From NCBI RefSeq assembly GCF_001194135.2, contig NC_068986.1, positions 23,036,653 to 23,071,739 of the forward strand: 35,087 bases of DNA, given 5' to 3'. This document shows, in pieces, positions 1 to 9,406 of the stretch (positions are counted from its first letter, which is position 1; each line of letters opens with the position of its first letter). Origin of the DNA: Octopus bimaculoides (Eukaryota). Below the pieces are notes generated by a model, which worked only from the letters and a program-made list of their open reading frames with translations, had not been told where the DNA came from and searched no databases. The translations under genes were made by a program, and so were the position numbers.

Positions 1-21
1 TATATATATATATATATACAT

Positions 22-184
22 ATATACGACGGGCTTCTTTCAGTTTCCGTCTACCAAATCCACTCACAAGGCTTTGGTCTGCCCGAGGCTATAGTAGAAG
101 ACACTTGCCCATGATGCCACGCAATGGGACTGAACCCGGAACGATGTGGTTGGTAAGCAAGCTACTTACCACACAGCCACTCCT
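22..184 (-). mobile_element. tRNA-derived SINE, family B head
   Basis: Minus strand reads ggagtggctgtgtggtaag...ccgggttcagtccc...gggcaagtgtcttctactatagcc, with Pol III A/B-box-like motifs; recurs several times in the window. Confidence 0.85.
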
Positions 185-195
185 GCATACATACA

Positions 196-229
<34 letters not shown>

Positions 230-235
230 CATACA

Positions 236-360
236 TCTACCAAATCCACTCACAAGGCCCTGGTCAGCCTGAGACTATAATAGAAGACACCTTCCTAAAG
301 TTCCACACAGTGAGGGCGGAACTGGAACCTTGTGGTTCCTTCTTGTAACGCAGCCACGCC
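236..360 (-). mobile_element. Family B SINE, diverged tandem copy
   Basis: caaatccactcacaagg...gactata.tagaagacac...cagccac, separated from the first copy by (CATA)n. Confidence 0.8.
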
Positions 361-1135
361 TTCACTTATCAACAGATAATGACCACAGAGTGTCAAATGA
401 ATAATTTAGAAGAATAACAATGAACCTAACATGATTTTCCATAATGTGTGGACCTGAAGAAAAGTTCCCATCAAAAGTATGCATTCACATTATAAGAAAT
501 ATGAGTAAACGATGCAGAAACACCGTGTCTTACAGTCGGATGGTGTCATTCATTTTCACATTCATTGTCTAAAAGAAAGGTTTCTCTCCCGAAAAAGTTT
601 CAACAGCAAAGGTCTTTTTTTCTATGTGGAGAGTACATTAACATGTAAAATACAATTGTACATACTTATAATATCATAATCATGACTGCTTAGTGTTCCT
701 CCCATAAGGGCTGGTTCTTTCCCGAAACAGTTTCTGCTACGAAGGTCTTTCTGTGTATAAGTGCACACGTACATGTTACATATAACTGTACACATGAATG
801 TTTTAATCATTACTGTTTAGTGTGCCTCTAATTGATTAATTTCAGCTTAAGCTTTACAAATATCGGCAAATTTATTATTTGCTGTTTAAATATAAGAACA
901 ACAATTATTGCATTTAAACTGTGTTATGGAGTGAACTGGCACTCCTGCGCGTGACTGTCATGACTGGACGTGTCTTATGAACAGATGAGCCTGTAGATAG
1001 TTGAGGTCGAACTGAGAGCGTTAGTCTCGTTATTGATTCTGCTTTGGAGTGTTACTGTGTGAAAGGTTATAAGATAACCAACTTTTGTTACATTGCTTAT
1101 TATTTTACGGTTATATTTGGTACTGTGATAGATTG

Positions 1136-1137
<2 letters not shown>

Positions 1138-1193
<56 letters not shown>

Positions 1194-1202
1194 ACGCACA
1201 CA
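1138..1202. repeat. (CA)n microsatellite
   Basis: Read directly. Confidence 0.98.
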
Positions 1203-2384
1203 TCGTATATTGTCAGTAACGATATAGCAAACTGATTCAGTGTCCGTAGCTGATGGTGGTATTGCAACCTAGAAACACCTGTCATACAGTCCACTGATGT
1301 CTTCGCATCCCAGTCGTGTGTTTTCGTATATTGTCTACAAGAACAATTTCTCTCCCGAGACAATATCCGAAGTGAAGGTCTTAACGCATTTGGGTGTACA
1401 CGAGCGTATTTAGTATGTGTTCACACATATACTTTAATCATCGTTTGAGTGAATACATCTATATTAGAACGCAGCACGACCGAATGATTAAGAAGTTTCT
1501 TTCCTAATCACGGGGTTGCAGATTCGTACTTTAAATCGGGATCGATGGAGCTTTTGGCTTTTTTGTCCACGCTTAGCTCGCATTGGGACACCTGTATTAC
1601 TGTTTGGCTGACATATCGCACCAGCCAAACTTCTTGCCCGATACTGCTGTCGGCTGTTTTCAGCTGCGTCGGTAGACGTGAAGGCGCTCGATTTGCAGCA
1701 CACGCTTTGCAGAAGATAATGAACTCACTGTGTGGTGTGGTATCTTGGGCAAATTCGCCTTGAGTTGATACACGCTTCGTGTGTGAGTGCAATTTGTGTG
1801 GACTGAAACTGATCGAAACTCGTCTGCAACTCAAAGGTCCAGTACTGACACAGATTGTGTCACATTTATTCTGCATTAGGTTTACGTTACGAATATAGTA
1901 GTATGTGGAAAGTTCAGTCAGTTATATGTTAATTCAATGAACAAGTAACTCAGTTGATCGAACAACTGAGTTCACGTCGTCAAAACCAACGGACATTAAA
2001 CATATCGAAATAACTTTAGCTCTTGGTCCTCCAGCGGTGCTCAGCGAATTGGGTAGCAAGCTTCCTGCGCCGGCTTTGGACGGCTGCTGCTCTTGCAAAT
2101 AAATTTCACGTTATGTTGACTGTTTTTAGATCATATTGAATTGCCCACCGCCAAGTGATCTTTCACCTGCCAACATGTGGTGCCCAAGTCCTGGCTGTTT
2201 TCGAGTGCCATCTATATAGATCTCTACCATTTTTTTTGTTTTTGGTTCCTATTTTATTCAACTGGACGTTCATAGCTATTTGATGTACATAAAATTCTAC
2301 TGTATTCTTATAATTAAATATTATCAGGAATTGCATTAAAAAAAACAAATTAAAATATGTTGTGCATTATTCTTTTACTCTTTC

Positions 2385-2750
2385 ATTTGTTTCTATCATT
2401 TGACTGCAGCCATGCTGGAGCACCGCCTTTAGTCGAACAAATCGACTCCAGGACATTCTTTGTAACCCTAGTACTTATTCTATCGGACTCTTTTGCTGAA
2501 CCGCTAGGTTATGGGGACGTAAATACACCAGCATCGGTCGACAAGCGAAGTTGGGGTGGGGGACAAGCACACATATACATACATATATGTACAACGGGCT
2601 TCTTTCATTTTCCGTCTGCGAAATCCACTCACAAGGCTTTGGTCGGCCCAAGGCTATAGTAGAAGACACTTGCTTAAGGTGCCACGCAGTGCGACTGAAC
2701 CGGGAACCATGTGGTTGGGAAGCAAGCTTCTTACCACACAGCCACTCCTA
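2385..2750 (-). mobile_element. Full-length family B SINE (head, AT spacer, tail)
   Basis: Head 2586-2750 nearly identical to 22-184; tail gctaggttatggggacgtaaatacacc. Confidence 0.85.
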
Positions 2751-2810
2751 TTGCAGATAAATTTTACCTACAAAATCTTATATGGACCCCCAAACGCCTT
2801 ATGGACCCCA

Positions 2811-2825
2811 TTTGAGAACCACTAG
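2811..2825. mobile_element. Possible hAT-type MITE terminal repeat remnant
   Basis: tttgagaaccactag is the reverse complement of ctagtggttctcaaa, resembling recalled CAGTGGTTCTCAA hAT ends; preceded by two atggacccc repeats. Confidence 0.35.
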
Positions 2826-2939
2826 CCTAGATAGATATAAATCTAATCCTATAATTTCTGGGGACCTCGAAATAGGTACTTTTGGCCGCAGGAATATCTG
2901 CTTCTTAACCAACCACGTGATATTCATTTCATTTCTTGA

Positions 2940-3236
2940 TTTCGGCTCCTTAGGCAAGTGTCTGCTCCTATAACCCTAGGCCTGATAATGCTTGTGAGTG
3001 AATTTGTTAGACAGAAACTGTCTACGTATATGCTTGTATATGCTTGTATGTGCGTCTTTGTGTTTGCACCCACATTACATGACATGCCGTTGTTGGTTTG
3101 TTTCTATCCTGAGGCTTAGCGGTTCAGTAAAATAAGATCCAGATTATTGGGGCTTATTTGTTCGACTAAACCCTTCAAGACTGTGCCCCCCCCCCCCATC
3201 ACCGCAGTCTAATGACTGAAACAAGTAAAGAAAGAA
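2940..3236 (+). mobile_element. Family B SINE, plus orientation, diverged
   Basis: ggcaagtgtc...gcttgtgagtgaatttgttagacagaaactg...cttagcggttc...gactgaaacaagtaaag is the reverse-orientation equivalent of 2385-2750. Confidence 0.75.
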
Positions 3237-3784
3237 CAGTGAAAGTCCACAATGTTACAATTCTTCTACAAACTTGAGAGATGGTTAAATGGAAAGTTCA
3301 AAGGCTGTAGAGAGGTATAAAGTTCACTGCTTGACTAGGTTGAATAACATTAAAGGAGGTTGAAGTACAGGGAAATGATTTAATACTTGTAAACAAAACA
3401 GGTATTTTGTTATGCCATTACGGATCGATGGCAGAATTAGAAGACGAAATGAAGAGAGGAGAATTTAATTACAAGGGTCTGATTTTGTAAGTTATAGGTC
3501 AAAATGATTGAGTGTCCTCCAGTGCAGGAAAAATATATACGATAAAGTTGAACGCAGAAAGAATAAGGATGAAATTAACCTAACACTCCACTGTCACGTG
3601 TTCGAGTACCCCGAAGTCTTAATTAAATAAAAGAGAATAATAAAAACAAGCAAAGATGAATTTTTTTTGTGATATTTTTTACAATTTTATTTTAAAACTT
3701 TGATTCCCTCTCCAGCTGAAATTAGATCAGGAAGCAGACAGTCTAGACAGATGGCGCTGAAATATTTATGCAATAAAAGAATAT

Positions 3785-3790
3785 TTTATT
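3785..3790 (-). promoter_or_regulatory. Candidate polyadenylation signal AATAAA (a second one at 3686-3691)
   Basis: Plus-strand tttatt about 410 bp past the stop. The motif is common in AT-rich DNA, so support is weak. Confidence 0.35.
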
Positions 3791-4202
3791 ACAGAAGTGT
3801 TGCACCTAAAAATATCAACATTTAGCGTTCATGAAAATGATATTTCATTCAATTCTATATGTTTCGTATCTGTACACTGGCAAGTATGGTTGTATATTGC
3901 CTATTGTTCTGGATCCACACTGAGCCAAAATGTCTGCAACTGTGCCGAAAAGATCTTAGAGTGGCTCCAGAAGAACGCAACTTGATTTAGAAAGCAACAA
4001 AATAAAAAAATATATATCTCAGTGTGTTGTTATTACTGATATCTATTCTTTAGTTTTTGTCTATGGACTGTCTACACCTTTCTGTCACAGAGTTTTTAAA
4101 AATTCTTTCTCTTTTAACAGCCATCACATGATTTTTACTTGTTTGTTTCTTAATATCTCAATTGGAGACGGCGGATGGTAATGTAGATGGTACTGTTTTC
4201 AT

Positions 4203-4349
4203 CTAACTGAAGCAGACTTCTCCGATTTCCAAACCGAATTTCTGGTTCTCCTCTCCAACATCTTGAAGGGCAATATCTTTTACTGGTAACATCTTTGTCT
4301 GTCTGGTATCAATTTCAAAAACAGTCTTGCCCCATTGGTTGTTCTTTTG
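4203..4349 (-). CDS. ColA: Last coding exon (147 bp), C-propeptide end [48 protein letters not shown]
   Basis: Acceptor tttctttacag, phase 0, TAG at 4203-4205. Matches the COLFI terminus WGKTV...LP..D.A..D.G...Q.FG...G.VCF (Cys8). Confidence 0.97.
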   Translation of the reverse strand, partial: QKNNQWGKTVFEIDTRQTKMLPVKDIALQDVGEENQKFGLEIGEVCFS

Positions 4350-5835
4350 CTGTAAAGAAACAAGAAAAACATTTTGTTTAAATAAATATGATACGAATAC
4401 GAGGGGCAAAGAAAATGAAATTTAATGATGCTGAAATAATTTGAACATTTTGATTTCTAGTGTGAAACTAGATGCGCTACCATTGCATGGTTAATACAGA
4501 TGAACTATCAAAGTTTTTCTCCTCGTGTTAGTAGTTGATTATTAGTACGTTTGTGATACTGTAAAAAAATTTCAATTTCTCATTATCTTCTTCGGGACTA
4601 CAAATTAACTTGAATCAGTCACCAAAAGCGAATAAACATTTGTAAAGTATACACTTATTGCTTACATTGGTTAACTTTTCCTACCCCACGCTACCTAATG
4701 AGTGTTAGGCTTGCAATCGCTTTACACAAATTAGCGCCACTCATTAGAGTCAGGTATGATTCTTTTTATCAATCCAGGTGATTAGAGATGTATTTTTTAT
4801 ACTTGTTAACGTTTCTCACTTAATTACTGCCATTAAGCATATCTTTTTTTCATTTTAAACTGAAAGAAATACATGTTGGGGCTTTTCATCTAAAACTAAA
4901 ATTAAGTAAGGCCGTTTTTTGTTCCCAACAAAAGATTGGCATTCAGGTAATTTAGCTACATAATATTTCAGAGAAAAACGCGAAGCAGTTAAAATAATAT
5001 TTCGGTAATTTCATGTTCATTTAGCTTCCTTTCATTAGATTTTAATTAATATTTCGGGAATTGTTCCAATTTATTGATTAAATATTTCATGAGATTTTAG
5101 TGTTAAAATATATTAAAAGTACTATAATTTAGAAAAAAAAAAAAAGGAATGAAGAAAGAAAATGAAATATACTTACTTGACAGTTATCTAATCTTACATT
5201 GTATGTTTGTTTACGTAATTCATGATTAGCATAGAATTCGTCACCACTGTAACCTAAGAGTTTAATTCCATAACTGTTTGAATTGAAGCAGTTGTATGTG
5301 ATGTTCTGACGAGCACGAACAGAGTGGAGATGTAAGAAGTTAAGCTGGTTGGCAACCATTTTGCCGTATGTCAACTGTAATAGAAAGGGAAATAGGAAAA
5401 AAAAAAGACAATGAGAATAAACCAATATGTGAATTATATACATAATCAAAATAATAATAAATATCTATTTATGTTTAAGTTCGATTGAATCAGAGTTAAT
5501 TGTTTGAACTTGCAGTACAGCCAACAGAGTCAGAATAGCCACCTCTCTTTTTTTCTTCTTTTTTTTTCTATTTATCAAGGATATTCAATTTGTCTTTGAA
5601 AATATGATATTTACGTACTTTGATGAATAAAACCGGGTAGAATAATGAATCTTGCTTAGAAACGTTTGCAAGTCATTTAAACTTAAGTTATAACTGGTTA
5701 CTAAAAATCTTATTTATGCAGAATAATCGGTATATCTTTAAAAAAAAATCAGCAGGTAGTATTTTAAAACAGAATACTAATGTTGAATGTTATGCCTTGG
5801 TTAAATGATACTAAAATTAAATAATAATAATAATG

Positions 5836-5888
<53 letters not shown>

Positions 5889-6102
5889 CTATTTAGTTGG
5901 GTTTTTTTTGCTTCACTAAAATGAAACGAAAGAAAAAAATTTACCATAACCAAGTTTCAAATGTGATTATTTTTTAAAAGCTTACCTCATCTTCACGAAC
6001 AATTTCACGAACGAAGTATTGGTCAGGAGTATTATCCTTTGTCCACAAATGTTGTCTGAACTGAAATTGAAAGACGCAATAATCAAATTTTTAATTCATT
6101 AG

Positions 6103-6151
<49 letters not shown>

Positions 6152-9100
6152 TTTGACTAGATACAAGGGCAAATGTCACTAGTGAGTGGATAGCTGTATG
6201 CTGGACAGTAGAGCATCGAGATAAGGTAACTCTTCAGATAATGTTTTCCCTTTGTTTTATATTTTAGGTAAACCATCTATTGTAGGTTGTTTTTATTAAC
6301 CACATGGTGATAAAAGAGAAAGTAGCTTTCGGGCTGACATTATCTCAGCAAGTAGAGCGACATAAAGAACACTTTAGTCTGAGACTCTATGACCCAACCA
6401 TCAACACTGCAATGTATGCAATGTAAGAAATCAAAATGACATCTTCATAAACATAATGCCTTTATGAAGATTAAATCGAGACATTACTGGTTTTTACTGA
6501 TAAGTTTTTCGTATCTCACCAACGCTCGCAGGCGATGAAGGGCAAAGTGGACACTGTCGGAATTTGAAATTAGAGTGCAGAGGAGCCAATCGGTAGAGGT
6601 AGAAAACAACGCTCTGTATGTAATACCAAATATGGTAATAAGTGAAATAAATCAAACCGCTTGGAAGTAGAGAAGTTTTATATGAAGTTTAGCTAGTAAC
6701 ATTTTCAATCACTTTCAGTCATAAGTTCCATAAAACAATTTTATCCAAACAAAATTGTTTTAGTAATCTGAGTGTATATACCAATGTGAATCAACAACCT
6801 GAGTTGGCTAAAAAATTTTGATTCGCTTTTTGAAGTCGTTTGATTTTATTTTATGTTGCAAATACCCCCCTGAAAGTGGGNNNNNNNNNNNNNNNNNNNN
6901 NNNNNNNNNNNNNNNNNNNNNNNNNNNNNNNNNNNNNNNNNNNNNNNNNNNNNNNNNNNNNNNNNNNNNNNNNNNNNNNNNNNNNNNNNNNNNNNNNNNN
7001 NNNNNNNNNNNNNNNNNNNNNNNNNNNNNNNNNNNNNNNNNNNNNNNNNNNNNNNNNNNNNNNNNNNNNNNNNNNNNNNNNNNNNNNNNNNNNNNNNNNN
7101 NNNNNNNNNNNNNNNNNNNNNNNNNNNNNNNNNNNNNNNNNNNNNNNNNNNNNNNNNNNNNNNNNNNNNNNNNNNNNNNNNNNNNNNNNNNNNNNNNNNN
7201 NNNNNNNNNNNNNNNNNNNNNNNNNNNNNNNNNNNNNNNNNNNNNNNNNNNNNNNNNNNNNNNNNNNNNNNNNNNNNNNNNNNNNNNNNNNNNNNNNNNN
7301 NNNNNNNNNNNNNNNNNNNNNNAATGCTTATAACTTTATTCCATTAGTTTTCCCGTCGATTGAGGCAAAACAATATTCTTTTCTACTCTAGACACAAGGC
7401 CCTAAATTTTTGGGAAGGGGGCCAGTCGACTTGATCGACCCCAGTACACAACTGGTACTTAATTTATCGACCCCGAAAGGATGAAAGGCAAAGTCGACCT
7501 CGGCAGAATTTGAACTCAGAACGTAATGACGGACGGAATACCGCTAAGCATTTCGCCCGGTGTGCTAACGTTTCTGCCAGCTCGCCGCCTTGAGGCTAAA
7601 CGATATCAACATTAAATATAACATATGAAGGTCCGTGGCCTAGTGGTTAGGGTGTCGTACTCACGATTTCAAAATCGTGGGTTCCATTCCCAGTTCGGAT
7701 GGTGGGTCATGTTCTTGAGCAAGACACTTCATATCACGTTGCTCCACTCTACTCACTAGTAAATAGGTAACGCTGTGACAGACAAGGTTAATGTTGGTCT
7801 GCATACCGAGCAATCAGAGTGGTATCATTCGAAAGCTACAACAATGCGAGTAATCGCGTTGTGACCAGCGATGTAGTGATACAGTGAAATGTCAATGACA
7901 GTAAGGGTGGAGGATGAAGTGGTTGAATAAGTATTCTATCATATTCTGACAATTGGTTTGTTCACCAGCACATACTGAAATCCAAAGCATACACAAGTTG
8001 ATTCAGAAAGTTATCTCTTATTCATTCCTGGCTCATCCTTTTGAGAAGAATAAAGAGATTGATAAAACTGATAAAGGGAAAGAACATATTGATGGAGAAA
8101 AGTTAAGAGAGCAAGGTGAACAAGAAAAAGAAGAGAAAGAGCAGAAAGGAAGAAAAACAAAGAGAAAAGAATACTAACCATTATCCAAACGTTTCTTCTC
8201 GCTGTTAATCAAGATATCGTTGCAGGTAGATCCAGGGTTGTGCTTGGTGCCGCTTGGTTTCTTGACACGGTTAATAGCGCTAAGAGCTTGGTTAAGAACA
8301 GTCATTGCATCACCTTGAGGCTCATCACCCTATTAAAATAAGTATCTAGTTATAGTTACGATATACGTTGTGTTCTTATTTATCAATGTTTTCCAATGTC
8401 TTTGTATTTCATCAAATGTACAGCTATATTAACGAAAAATTACTTGTTACTACTTATTGACGAAATGTTGTGTACTTGTAAACGTTCAACTTACGTAATA
8501 TCTATCAGCTGGGTCGGGTCCTTTCACTGGGCTTGATGGGTAGAAAGGTGCACTTCCGGCAGATGCGTAACCCTGTAATATTTAAAATAGAAAGAAATAA
8601 TTATTTTCCTCGTGAACAGTGAAAAAGAACAAAACATATAAATAAGCAACTAAGAGGATTTTAAATAAAGTTACTACAATTAATTTCTTTTCATTAATGA
8701 TAACTTTTGTTTCGGCTCAAAGTCATAAATTTGGAATTGGACATTTAAATCAATCCAGTATTGGTCTAGCATTGTATTTAAGACTGCCTCGATTTTTGCT
8801 ATAAATAACGAAATTTACCGAAAGGCGTTGATAAATAATTTAAGTTTATAATATTCTTTCTAATTAGGTACAAAAAAAAACTGAAATTTGGGGGGGAGGA
8901 AATTAGAAAATTACATTACCACCACCCCCGTGCTCAACTGGTATTTTACTTTAATGACCCTGAAAGGATAAACAGTAAAGTTGACCTCGGTGGAATTTCA
9001 ACTCAGAATGTAAAGCCAGAAGAATTGCTAACGATTTTGTAAAAAGGGCCACCTTCAGTTTATAATATAACAATGATAAAGAAATTACACAAAATACTTA

Positions 9101-9348
9101 CAGGTGGTCCAGGTGGTCCAGGAGGTCCAGGGTTACCCTAAAATATCAAAAGAGAAACATTATCATTGATTATATCAAATTTGTAACGATATATTCATAT
9201 ATGCATACACACATATATATACATATAGACATATATGCAAATAGACATATATATATACATACATATGTATACATATACATGTATATATATATCTATATGC
9301 ATATATACATGTGTATACATATATGCATGCATATACACATATATACAT

Positions 9349-9406
<58 letters not shown>

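Noticed and set aside
575-595. GEKPF, resembling a C2H2 zinc-finger linker
   Set aside because: It is followed by a stop within three codons, has no Cys/His pattern and belongs to the local repeat.
1508-1876. 122-aa ORF with IFCKAC, faintly like a transposase zinc finger
   Set aside because: No second Cys/His pair or other recognisable domain; there is no support without a database search.
7530-7700. tRNA-like A/B boxes (also at 24488-24560)
   Set aside because: They are SINE heads continuing into repeat bodies; no intact cloverleaf is evident.
7953-8177. Lys/Glu-rich 74-aa ORF
   Set aside because: Low-complexity GA-rich intron sequence on the antisense strand.
8746-8766. Minus strand reads QYWIDLN, like the missing YWIDPN motif
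   Set aside because: It lies upstream of the Cys1 exon (wrong order), has no continuing COLFI sequence, and sits in a degraded family A SINE (atcgaccccagta core).
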